Origin: Octopus bimaculoides
Lineage: Eukaryota
Length of the DNA stretch: 64,000 nt
Reading direction: 5' to 3'
Assembly: GCF_001194135.2 (NCBI RefSeq)
Contig: NC_068998.1
Location: 52,847,068 to 52,911,067 of the forward strand
Program-made: the position numbers and the translations under genes
Part shown: in pieces, positions 40,044 through 52,216 of the stretch
How positions within the stretch are numbered: position 1 is the stretch's first letter
How the letters are laid out: every line of letters starts with the position of its first letter
Notes under the pieces: model-generated
Databases searched by the model: none
Seen by the model: the letters and a program-made list of their open reading frames with translations, nothing else
Told to the model about the DNA's origin: nothing

Positions 40044-40781
40044 GTACAATGTCAATGCTTTAGAGAACGCATTACGATTAAAATGTTTAGTGAGCTGTTA
40101 TTGCTTTTAATGGTATTGCAGTTGAAAATTCGATAGGTTGTGTTTTCTATGTTTTCCCAGTCTACCTATGGTTTTCTCATTTTAAAGTAGCTGGATATTT
40201 CGCAAATTAAGTGTAACATAACTTGTTGGGTGACACCAGAAAAAGCTACTGGCATCGAATTCTAAATGGCAACACTAAAAGATTGCCTTAAGTCACTATG
40301 GAATTGGAACTTTACTCTCTATTGTCAATGGAGCCAAATATCTACAAGAGATAGAATTAGTATACTTTTATCTACTGGCACTTATTTTAATCAAACAGCA
40401 TGATTTGTAACTATATTAAAGGAATAAAGGCCTCGAATTTTGACAACCTACCGTTCGAATGCAACATTTTCTTGTAATATTCTTCTTTTTCTATTTTGGC
40501 GATGTCCGTAATTTATGATTTTAATTTTGTAACTCTGGTTACACCATCGATGTTGTAGATAGAGCCAGGATTAAGGTAAGTATATTCAGTTTATATGTTA
40601 AAGCAAATATCTTTCCATATACTAAAGATTAAAATACTTGGTACATAATGCAAAATGAACTGATTATCGGAACATCCCGTCTTAATCTTCGTAAGCATCT
40701 GTAATAGTTTCTCATGTTGTGTGATGCATTTAAAAATCATTGATGCATTTAAAAATCATTGATAATAACGGCTTGAAATTC

Positions 40782-40983
40782 TGGGACAAGACAAGCAATT
40801 TCGGGTGTGGGGTCGGGTCAGTCGATTGCAGGCATCTCAAAAATCAAATGATACTTATTTGTATTGACCTCAAAATGATACAAAGTCGACCTCGGTGGAG
40901 TATGAATACAAAACGTAAAAACGGACGAAATGCCGCTTTGCATTGTGCTCGGCGCGATAACGATTCTGTCATCTCGCCGCCTT
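40782..40983 (-). mobile_element. SINE family A
   Basis: caaagtcgacctcggtgga..gacgaaatgccg..taacgattctgtcatctcgccgcctt. Confidence 0.75.
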
Positions 40984-42094
40984 CATGTCAATGATAACAA
41001 TAAGGAACATAGAAATATGATAGTGAAAACTATACGGTTTGTCATTTATTTATGGGCTATTTATGGTAAAATGCACAATAAAAAATGCTTTTTTTTTCTA
41101 CGAATCTGATTCTTAAAATGTTGTTTACTAACTAAAATTTCCGTAAACTAGAAAACTTCTGATAATGTTTCTGCTCTTAGGCTTTTTGTCACTCTCTTTT
41201 TATCTATTTTACATATTTTTAGGATGTTCAAAAAGTTCAATAAAATAAACATCAAAGAAATTAATTAATTCATGGTTTTTCTTCTTTCGTGCAACAAAAT
41301 TAATTATATATAAAAGTATACACAAATGACTATAAGACGAAAATTGTCATTCCATCACGACCACCACCACCCAAAAAAGAAAAGAAAACGAAAACAACAA
41401 AAAGCACAAAAGGTAATTTAGTCGCAGGTGAACGAAAATTTTGTGATAAACACTTGAGGGAGAATAACACTTGACAGCGTCAGTAAAAAGTTTAGAAAGT
41501 GTAGTTTTAATATAGTGAGAAAGTAAAGGAATAGTGTGTTAAATGGAATAACATGAATAATTCAAAGAGACAGCGTTACTATACGAATGTTATCTACACT
41601 GGTAAACAATCGTATAAGGGATGGTGCATGTTTAAATATTGGTCCATAGCATGGACTCTGCTGCTGATAAGGACTGTTAATTTGAATATTTCAATGAGAA
41701 GAAGAAAACCTTATTGCTTACAAAAATGTATTTCCCTTAAGACATTTATGATTTTAGTATTACGTGAACATTTGCATTTCCTGATAGTTTGCCTAAAGTG
41801 ATTCACTCCGTTGAATTATAAACACGAACATCCGTGAAGAAAAAAACAAACAACAGTAATGTCAACATTAGCTTCACATTAACAGACTGTATCTTATCTC
41901 AGACTAAAGGAAGATTCATATTGCCAGCTCCAGGAAATAGAGTGATACAGATGAAGAACAAAATAATATCGCAGGATAATTATTCCACAGTCAACCCAAA
42001 ATAATTCTACCCGCAACAAAACATCTAAAGCACAATAATGCAAGCGAATTAATTATTATTAATATTATCTCTGTAAATAAATATTCTTTCTAAT

Positions 42095-42290
42095 TTTTGG
42101 CACAAGGAATGTTCGTGTTTATGATTCAATCTTTAGGGAAAAGGAAAGTCATTTCGTTCGACCGAAGTACTCAACTGGTAATTATTTCATTTCATCGTCG
42201 AAATGTGAAATCAAAACATAATAAACTGGATGAAATATCGCTAAGCATTTTGTCGGATGAGCTGACTATTCTACCAGCTTGAGACCTTCC
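42095..42290 (-). mobile_element. SINE family A (degenerate)
   Basis: tggcacaagg tail; gatgaaatatcgctaagcattttgtcgg..gctgactattctaccagct head. Confidence 0.6.
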
Positions 42291-44149
42291 AATAGCGATT
42301 GATAATAGAGAGTAAAACACTAATATGAGACTCTAAAGGTCTATAAGCTTAATCACATTAAATCTGGTGGTCATTTCAATTGCAGTGGATTTCTTAATAT
42401 ACATATTTCTCCTTTTAGTATAGAGTCTAAGATATTGGAACAAATGGACACAATTAATCTAAACAATTGCCTATTGAGATGCAGGATCGGCAGTGTGCTT
42501 AGGGAACTCGTTTTGCATTTTGCAATTGCGTTGTTTTGTGTTCAGTGCCAAGCAATGACACATTGGATAACACTTTAGAGATTTCCGCTGTGTGTGCATA
42601 TATATATATATATGTATGTATGTGTGTTTGTGCTTGTTCCATCTCCAATGCTTGACAGATTGGATTGGTTTGTTTACATCAGCATTACCACAGTCCAATT
42701 AGTGACACTAATAAAACATACCAGGCCAATCTATGAGTCAGCTTAGTCTAAATATCGTCCGCGATATTCCTGCGAGGCCTAATGAGTGTTGAGCAAACAA
42801 ACTAATATAACTTTCCAAAATACCATGTAGAAGTGGGAGTTAGTATGTCTGTTGGTTTAATGAAAATCTTTTAATAATCTTGAATATACCCATTAACTCA
42901 CTTTAGACATAAATTTCAAAACATATATATTAATTTCTATAATGCAACTCATTCTAGAAAGTTCTGTTATTATTGGACATCACCAAATTTTTAAGCACTT
43001 AATATTAATAAATATTTTATTTCTGTCTGAGATTGTATATCTTTATACAAATGTTTATAACATAAAGGCACTTATATCCATTCGCTATTCACTAAATTAA
43101 AAGCTATGTTTTCTTATACGTGTATTACTATGTTGGTTCCTAAAAATACCTGTGTATCACTGTCTGGACACACTCACATACGTATATGTGTATGTGTATA
43201 TATGTACATGTCAGTGAGAGAAGGAGAGCATGTATAAATCTATGTATATCAACATGTGTGTATATATTTCCGATATTCATGACTGTCACTGCGATACAAA
43301 TATAACACATGATAAAAGCATCTATTGTTGAGGTTTGCTGCAACAAAAATATACCTCAATGCATATAATTACTATATATCAATTGTATTGTGATATTCAA
43401 AAACGATTCACCTGAGCTTATCTGTTAAAAATTATTCCACATGAAGAATTGACATTTCAAAAACGAAAGTCAGACATTATTTGCAATGTACTTATATTAA
43501 TTTTCTATTGTTGGGAAATTTATTTGCGTGTATATCACTAGACGTGCGCACGCAACAGTTCTCCGTACAATGCAGATTTGAACTTGAGGCGCCAGATATA
43601 TTTTCAGTGTTGTTACATTAATGATTGTCGCTCCGTTTTTATGGTTGTTCCAAACAGGAACAGCTTTCAAAGATTTGTACTTTTTATCAATTAGTTCTTA
43701 AAGCATGACAAAAATATTAAAAGTAAGATTATATAATTTTTCAACATAGTTCCTTTCTTTTGAATCCAGTATATCGTCGCAGAAACCTACTTATGGATAG
43801 GTAATGACTTAGCTTCGTATTACAGTAATGAAAGAAATGAATTTGAAAAGACTGGATTTGATTTGATAAAGATCTTCATTCCCATTAAACTATCTTATAT
43901 AATTTAAGGGAATCCTATCATATTATGCTAATGAATCCTAGTGTATTCTAGTCATTCTTACACTAACATGATCAACAGAACATTATGACAAAGAATCGGT
44001 ATTCAGAAGAAGTTGATTCATACATATATAAAACATATGACCGATCATTGTCCAGTGAATATTATGATGAAGAACAGAATGTGCTCATGGCGTCATTGCG
44101 TGCTAAAAGGTATAGATATTTTTTATTATAATATACAATTATCAATTAA

Positions 44150-44830
44150 AAAGTTGGTAAGTTTTTCTCTTATTGCGAAACATGAAATGTAATCTATTTC
44201 AACGTGGATCAGAATATCCAATTTCCATCTGATAACGGTCAACAATGGACTCTCAATGGCATTGGTACAACTCACAACTGTTGGTTCTCAGGATTAATAC
44301 GATAAAAGAAATAGCCAGTGCATATTAACTGTGTAGTGCATGAGAACAGAGATGGTATTATGGTGTGGACGAGGAAAAGATCACGTAGTTTCGTCATAAA
44401 TGTACGTGCAAGTAAGTCTTGAGATTATGCTTGATAAAGCATATAGCTTTAGAGAACTGCTCAGAATGATTTCTTTATATTTAGACATAAATAGCAAAAG
44501 GAAAATATATAAGAACTGAGATACTTCAGCGATGGACCAGGTAAAGATAAGCAATTTTAAAGTACTATTGATACGGAATGCGGATGGAAAATCTATTGGC
44601 TACAAAAGATGAAAGATTTATGATCATTGGTATGGTAGTAAGATTACCCCAAGTATTATCACATGATTTATCAAAGTCTGTGTGATAATGCTAACAGGTT
44701 CTTGAAGGATATCTGCGTTAACAATTTATTACTGGCTCGTGAAAGCAAGACAACAATCGAAATATATGCAACAAATTAGAAATAAAATAACAATGCCAGG
44801 AAGAAAGTGAACGGTTTCGGGAAAGAGAAC
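44150..44830 (+). mobile_element. Decayed DNA-transposon transposase remnant (unclassified)
   Basis: Ordered fragments QWHWYNSQ, RYFSDGPG, ENLLAT, TMPGRK resemble the HWxNxQ / YFSDG / FFATSHGK / TIPGT series of a widespread invertebrate transposase family. Confidence 0.3.
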
Positions 44831-45879
44831 CTAAAGCATAAAAAGGAAAATGGGATGGGAAAGAAATAAAAATAGCTTTCAGGGAAGAGAAAATGCTGCG
44901 AAAAATCTTTTCTATTGGGAGAAATTCACCCTAAATTTAAATCGTGTGGAACTGACACCGACCAGAAATACTTATATTGGAAATAGAAAAAAAGGACATT
45001 CTGCCAATAATTTTCCATTAAATGGAATCTTACAAATTCCTTGAAACTGTCCAGGGAATTATATAATAAGAGGAGAATTACAATAGTAACAAAAGTCTTA
45101 AATATATTTACAAAACGGATATGTCATAGTGTTTCTTATATACACACACGTAATATGACAAGATATAAAGTAGGAAAAATAGACGTTGAAAATGGAGGAT
45201 GTGTTCGAAATAAAAGAAGAGCGTTGCGACAAATTATAATAGTTAATTAGTTACTAATATACAAGGGTCAAAAGTATCTATCTGAATTAAGGTGTAGAAG
45301 CAATAGTATAAGAGCAATTAATGATTTATTTCAGCTCACGGTTAGACAATGAGTAGCGGAAAGATATACGAGACAATTATCTGATTGGCTTTTCTACTGG
45401 TCCCAAGCAACTAAAAGATAAAGTAAGTTTGGTGGAATTTCAATGAATAATGAATGTAGATATAACTGGGTATCTGAAGATATTTAACCGGAAACTCAAC
45501 ACCTTATATGAAATACGATTACTGAAAGTATAAAGATAAGGATCAGCACCTTATTTATTTATATCAAAAGTAGTGATTCGGCAATTGATAACATTAATGC
45601 AAAAGGGATTCACTTGACATGACTAAAGTGGATAGAAAAACTGATATGAGCTGTTCCGAAATTGAATTAGATGATATAAACGAAAATAATTTATCTTTCT
45701 TTTGATACGTGACTTCGGTACATTGAACTCTGAGTTAACCCCTATCTGGGCGAAACACTTCAATATGTCAAGCTTTCTAAGAGGTTAACTTCATCCATGG
45801 AAACCTGCAACATTACATTTAATTAGAAAGAAAACAATGTTTTAGACCCTGGCAACGGCTTTCATTTATCATTCATTTA

Positions 45880-46440
45880 TAATATCTCACGCGACACGAC
45901 CCTAACTGACCACCTCTTCTTTACTCTGCCTGCTTCTTCTTAGTAACCATCGGTGGGGTTTCTGCAGAACCACCAGTCTACAAGAGATATACTCTAAGGG
46001 TCTTTTTTCTGTCAAAAGTTTTATAAATCCTATACTGTTGTCTTTTGTATCGAAACAGTTTTCCATGACAAACTCTCTAGCCTGCGGGATTTATTCATCA
46101 CATATATATACTCGATGGGTGAGATATTTCCAGTTGAACACCACCTTTGGTATTAACGAAACTCTCTTCGCTCCACAATTTATCAATATCAATTTATAGC
46201 AGGGTTCAGATGTGTCTTCTAAGCCTTTCTGGCAGTATATTAACGGGTTTTGTATACGAATGGGATTTAACCTGTTGTTAAGCCAAAACTTCTCATTCTT
46301 ACTACACAGGTTTGTACGTTACATATCCTGAAATACTTTATTATTATTAGCCACTAATACCACATTCCAGTTTGAATATTCATCTGCAACGGCTAACGAT
46401 GACCTGTTCAAAATGTTATTCCGTTTAAAATTACTAAGGG
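45880..46440 (-). mobile_element. Possible old RTE-like LINE remnant
   Basis: Purine-rich coding-like minus strand with a WW..KKKQA-like segment resembling the RTE EN-RT linker; heavily decayed. Confidence 0.25.
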
Positions 46441-47391
46441 CAGTTACTGACTTTATAAACATTTGTAGTATTAGCCTTACGGATTAGATGTGATTTTTAA
46501 TTCAACTTTCAAGTGACCATGGAAGTCAACCGACCGTAGCATTCGGAGATTAAAATTTATAAGCCAACAACTATAAGGAAAGAAATAGGTGGCGTTCTCA
46601 TGATCACTTTTGCTCAGTTCTCAAGTATATTGTGATATTTAACACTATACGTATTTAAAGGGATTTCTACCCGACAAATACCGCAGCACGTTATGACGCA
46701 TACGTTACGTGTGAGGTATTATTAATATATATGTGAGTGTTTTTGTGTGCGTGTATGTATATATGTCGATACGTTTGTTGTATGCGTGTGTGGGCATATG
46801 TAGAACCAATTACATCAGCAGAAACCCTGAGGGTATTTGGCTAATAGGATACTCTGCAGGAATTGCAATGCTACTCACAATGTATCAACCAGACAATAAA
46901 ACAGGCAATGCAATATTGACCAGTTAATTTATGATATTAAGCGCTCTGCAATTCCATTGTTCGTAATAACAATACGCTGCACAACTCAGATATACATACA
47001 TACATGTGTGTGTGTTTGGGGGGGGGGGGNNNNNNNNNNNNNNNNNNNNNNNNNNNNNNNNNNNNNNNNNNNNNNNNNNNNNNNNNNNNNNNNNNNNNNN
47101 NNNNNNNNNNNNNNNNNNNNNNNNNNNNNNNNNNNNNNNNNNNNNNNNNNNNNNNNNNNNNNNNNNNNNNNNNNNNNNNNNNNNNNNNNNNNNNNNNNNN
47201 NNNNNNNNNNNNNNNNNNNNNNNNNNNNNNNNNNNNNNTGTAACATGGAAGATATCACAACTGATTCCTTACTTTGCGAAGGTGGCATTTTGTAGAGGCG
47301 TTTCCTTGCCTCAAAGGAACCAGAAGCTAGTTGAAATTATTATTCATCTGACTGTCATTGTCGTCGTCCTCATCATCATCATCATCATCAA

Positions 47392-47502
<111 letters not shown>

Positions 47503-47509
47503 TAAAAAT

Positions 47510-47655
47510 AAGGCGAGGTGGCAGAATTGTTAGCACCCCGAGTAAAATGCTTAGCGGTAAATTGTCTGCCGCTGCGTTTCTGAGTTCAAATTCCGCCGGG
47601 GTCGACATTGCTTGCCTTTCATCCTTTCGGGATCGATAAAATAAGTATCAGTTGA
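47510..47655 (+). mobile_element. SINE family A, 3'-truncated
   Basis: aaggcgaggtggcagaattgttagc..ctgagttcaaattccgccggggtcgac..cctttcatcctttcgggatcgataaaataagtatcagttg. Confidence 0.85.
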
Positions 47656-47668
47656 TAAAAGAAGTAAT

Positions 47669-48034
47669 GGGGCCCGGTGCGCAATGAAGCCCTAAACAGC
47701 GCCCAATTTCTCCTGATGACCCCAAAACAATGAAAGGTAAACTTTGCCTGATAACTGAACATGGCAATGGTGAATCTAAAACTTCTATTTGAATAGAAAG
47801 ATACAATTAAGAACAATAAAGCAGCTAAGTCTACCGTAAGATAAAGGTTTTACTACAAGAACAAAATAAAATTACTTAAGAATTTATTATATTTTTTATG
47901 TTTTTGATTTTTTCCAAGAATTTCCAGATGCAAGTGCTACCAGTCGAACCCTCGGCATACAAGATGTTAGCAAGCTTATGGGGGTCATCAGGAGAATTGG
48001 GCGCTGTTTCGGGCTTCGTTGCGCACCGGCCCCC
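47669..48034. mobile_element. Foldback/MITE-like element with ~55-bp inverted arms
   Basis: 47669-47723 (ggggcccggtgcgcaatgaagccctaaacagcgcccaatttctcctgatgacccc) is the near-perfect reverse complement of 47981-48034; AT-rich spacer; no TSD seen. Confidence 0.6.
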
Positions 48035-48401
48035 CGCACACTGTAATGAAGCCGCGGTTGCTAGATTCTAAATTTAAATGTAAAATATAAAATTAATGTA
48101 CAAATTGAAACTTCTAAAAGTAATGGCTAAAAATCCTTTTCATATTGTGTATCATACGAGGTGTATGGAAATGTAGTGAACCAGTATAAAAGATAACAAT
48201 GGCTCAAAGGTAGGAAATATTTAATTTCAACTGCACAGGATTAATGCTGGACTGCAAAACACACTAACACACAAGATAAAATAAAATAAAACGTAACGAG
48301 AGGTTAACGTCAACAGCAGTAGACGTTGACTTTTCAGTCAACATAAACGAGCATTCGACCACATCATTTCCGGTTGCCTGGCGTTCACAAGGAGAGTATA
48401 T

Positions 48402-48402
<1 letters not shown>

Positions 48403-48452
<50 letters not shown>

Positions 48453-48486
48453 TACACACACACAGACACACACACNNNNNNNNNNN

Positions 48487-48544
<58 letters not shown>

Positions 48545-48545
48545 A
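48403..48545. repeat. (CA)n-gap-(TA)n-(TG)n
   Basis: Direct reading. Confidence 0.9.
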
Positions 48546-48904
48546 GGTAGGTATGCAGGTAGACGCTTCTAATGCATAACGCTGTCGTCCATTGGGTATT
48601 ATGCAGACATTTACAGATCAAAACCAAGCATAAGCGGAATAAGTATGCACTAAACCATCCATGTATGGCAATAACATGACTACGATTCTATACTCCGAGA
48701 CATGTCTCTCCTGGCTGACAACAAGATCAAAAAGAACATGTCAGATATTCTAATAATCAGAGAAAAAGAAAGGAAAACCTATGCATTCTGATTCCTATAG
48801 ACATCACGACCCTTCAGATCAAAACATCAAACAGAAAGGAAACGAGATGCTATCAAACGAGAAATAGAATGGAGTATTCAAAGTGTGGATTATGTCAATA
48901 TGTA

Positions 48905-48966
<62 letters not shown>

Positions 48967-49234
48967 GTAAGTATGTATGTATGTGTGTGGAGGTGTTTGA
49001 GTGAATGTGTGTTTCGTAGACATATATGTAACACTACCAATAATATGATCATGATTCTTTCGGACTGTTAATCATATATTTAAAGATTTATGAAATTTAT
49101 TTTATATTACAAGTTCTGAACAATAGCGTCATTTATGATGTTCTGGGTTTTCAACGGGGCCCATCAATCTGAATGCAGTTCGGAAAGCATGGGTAAAAAC
49201 TGAGCGTGTGTATCTCGAACTCACTGCATAACCA

Positions 49235-49437
49235 ATTTCGGTTTCAAATTTTGGCATATGTCGAGCAATTTAGGCTGAGGGGATAGTCGATCGCATCGAC
49301 TCCAGCGTTCAACCGGTACTTATTTCACCGACCTTGAAAAAATGAAAAGCTAAGTTTATGCCAGGACGCTCAGACGGACGAAATGCCCCTAGGCATATTG
49401 ACCGGTGTGCTAACGATTCTGCCAATTCACCGCCTTG
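49235..49437 (-). mobile_element. SINE family A
   Basis: ggtacttattt..gacggacgaaatgcc..gtgctaacgattctgccaattcaccgcctt. Confidence 0.8.
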
Positions 49438-49799
49438 ATGCAGAACAGGGACTTTAGTTCCTGTTCTAAAGTCCCTGTTTAGAACAGGGACTTTAGTATT
49501 CTCAACATTACATATTATACCCGTACACATGTTATACCAGCATTCTCAGCATTGCATGTTATACATGTTATATAACATTTCATGTTATACCGACATTTGT
49601 GAATGGTAATCCCACTTACTGGACTTATATATGCTACGGGCTTTTGCACAGTTTCTCATTATCAAAATTCCTCAACTGTAAGCAAGAGCAGAAAATACCG
49701 ATGCCCAATTTATCACATACTAGGATGGAATCCCAATTAACGTAGCTTGGAAGCCAACTTTTCATCAGTAATCCTATGATTGTACCTAGAATAAAAAGA

Positions 49800-50030
49800 A
49801 ATGAAAAAGACAGCAGTGGACCATTATACAAAGTTGTATAAAACGCGCCAATGCTGGAATAAAGAAGCTCACAAATTCATGATGCTGCCGATTGATATAG
49901 GAGACAACGAAACTGAAAAATAAATAAGCATTCCAAAACATGGCTTTTATCGGGGATTAAATCTGGTGGAGATAATATGTCGATTAGGCTCTACAAGAAT
50001 TATCCGAAAAGTCATCAACGAGATGTAAAA
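49800..50030 (+). mobile_element. Possible highly decayed R4/Dong-like 3' end
   Basis: MLPIDIG and ICRLGSTRIIRKVINEM* resemble the conserved IPIVIGALG and LLGTARILRKVL C-terminus. Confidence 0.35.
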
Positions 50031-50203
50031 ATAAATATGAAGAGCAGAAAATGAAAGACAGCACAAAACGCTCCTTATTGTATTCCATGCGATACGGTTT
50101 GAGAGAAAACTAAACTGGACAAAACACCAACCGCTGAAACAATAGAACATACTACAACAACAAATACTATTACTACTACTACTACTACTACTACTACCAC
50201 TTA

Positions 50204-50409
50204 TAGTTTCAATTTTGGCAGAAGACCAACGAGTTCGAGAGGTGGGGCAATTCGATTGCATCAGCCCTAGCATTCAACTGATACTCATTTTATCAACACC
50301 GAAAATATGAAAGGCAAAGTCGATCTCGGTGGAATTTGAACCAAGATGGATGAAATGCCTCTAAGCATTTTGTCCAACGTACTAAAGATTCTGCGATCTT
50401 GTCGCCTTA
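50204..50409 (-). mobile_element. SINE family A
   Basis: gaaaggcaaagtcgatctcggtggaatttgaac..ctaagcattttgtcc..gtcgcctt; tail adjoins (tac)n. Confidence 0.8.
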
Positions 50410-50544
50410 GAGCATGGTATATATTAACATCGAACCGATTTCCTCCCAGTGGCTGCATCATTTAGTCCCAGATAGAAAGTAAAAATAACCTGTACCCCAA
50501 AGTCACTTTGATGGCATGCGCTGCTCTCGCACTCAGTGATGCTT

Positions 50545-50566
50545 GATGATGATGGTGGTGATGATG

Positions 50567-50640
<74 letters not shown>

Positions 50641-50641
50641 T
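50545..50641. repeat. (TGA)/(TAA)n microsatellite
   Basis: Direct reading. Confidence 0.95.
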
Positions 50642-52160
50642 GATAAATACAACTACACAATGGGGAATTCCGCATTTGTCACATTGACAATATTATTATA
50701 GATCGCACAACAGCTCTAGTGTATATATAGAGAAGAAAAATGCATTAATAATGTTGTGGGAACCGACATTGATATGCATAAATATGCTAACGTACATAGG
50801 TGCACAATAAAAGTGAATTAGATGAATTGAAAATAAAAAGTAACTTCTCTTAAAGCAAATTACTTGAAATAATGAGATTGGAAATAAACAAAAACTATGG
50901 GAAAAAAATCTTGTATTGGTCACATCCTCAACATTCTAAGTAAACTCTGCAAGTCACGTTAACAAAATACACACATAAAATATACATTATACGACTTCCA
51001 GGACCAAATTGATTTCCTATCAATATTTTTTAATCACCATCCTCTACGAAGATAAATATATTTTTTTTATGTAAGTTCATAGACAACAGCGGATAGATTG
51101 GAACTAAGCAGCCAATTAGAAAACGAGAAATCGAAAACAACGGTAGATTAAGCCATGCTTACAAATAGTTTAAAGTAACTTTAAATCAAAACACGACAAC
51201 AAATTAGCTGTTTCTATTTGATTTATAGACACACCTATTGAATTTGTCATTTGTCTAAAGCTGAGACAAATCTCGGTGAACCACAAGGGAGGTAATTAAC
51301 TCGGCTTGCTTCATGGAGTGTGATGAGAAAGCGAGACAAATGTGAAAAGAATTCCATCAAGTGATTTGTCAAGAGAGACGGCGAAACGACGGAAATCTGG
51401 CATGAACTTCAAATCTCCGAAAACCACTTGTTCGATACCTTATGACTTCGCTAAAACATTTATGGAAATACAAAAACAAATGCTTGAGAGGAGACTTAAT
51501 ATTGTCGGCTTACGCATACACACAAACACACACACACACAATAATACTAGCACACACACACACACAAACAAACAAACGCACGCACACACATATGTATAGA
51601 GTATCTGAAGTGGTGTACAAATATTGTATATTAAGAAGAACGAGGCAGTAAGAATTTTGGATAATTTTGGATAAGAGTTCGATTATGCATATATTTCGTG
51701 CTATTCTTAAAAGCGATGTACGTTGGCAAAATTTCCGACTCGAGTGGAATTAAATTAACCACTCCAAATCATATTTATAGTATCCCTGTGAGTGGAGTTG
51801 GGACTGGCAAGCTTGTACTGACATAGGGTCGTATAATGTACAATAATGAAGTCAAACTAAGCAATGATATTTTAAATGCGTACGTTTCTGAATACGTACG
51901 TTTAATACGTACGTTTCTGAAAATTACGCAAAAATTAAAGTGAATTTCATCTCTTATGAAAACTTTTCCTCAGTTAAGATATATCTATATATTAGATACA
52001 TACATACACACATACATGCATACATGCCTACATAGATACACACATGCATGCATGTGTGTATGTGTGTGTGTGTGTGTGTGCGTGTGTGTGCGTGTGTAAC
52101 ATCATTTCGATACGGAGTATAAACACACCATAAATTGAGCTTTATAAGCTTGTGAAAATA

Positions 52161-52216
52161 CAGCGTAATGGTTAAGAGTGCGGGCTACTAACCCCAAGAT
52201 TCCGAGTTCAATTCCT
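52161..52216 (+). mobile_element. Isolated tRNA-derived SINE head
   Basis: A-box-like cagcgtaatggtt and B-box GAGTTCAATTC; no complete cloverleaf. Confidence 0.5.

Noticed and set aside
40559-40575. 17-nt micro-exon after an AG-free zone with an AAG|GTAAGT donor
   Set aside because: None of the possible lengths is a multiple of 3, and such signals arise by chance.
51342-51545. Plausible-looking ORF MKRIPSSDLSRETAKRRKSG...
   Set aside because: It starts at GTG, has no splice signals or homology and ends in a CA repeat.
52161-52216. Possible tRNA gene
   Set aside because: No acceptor stem or complete cloverleaf; it fits a SINE head.
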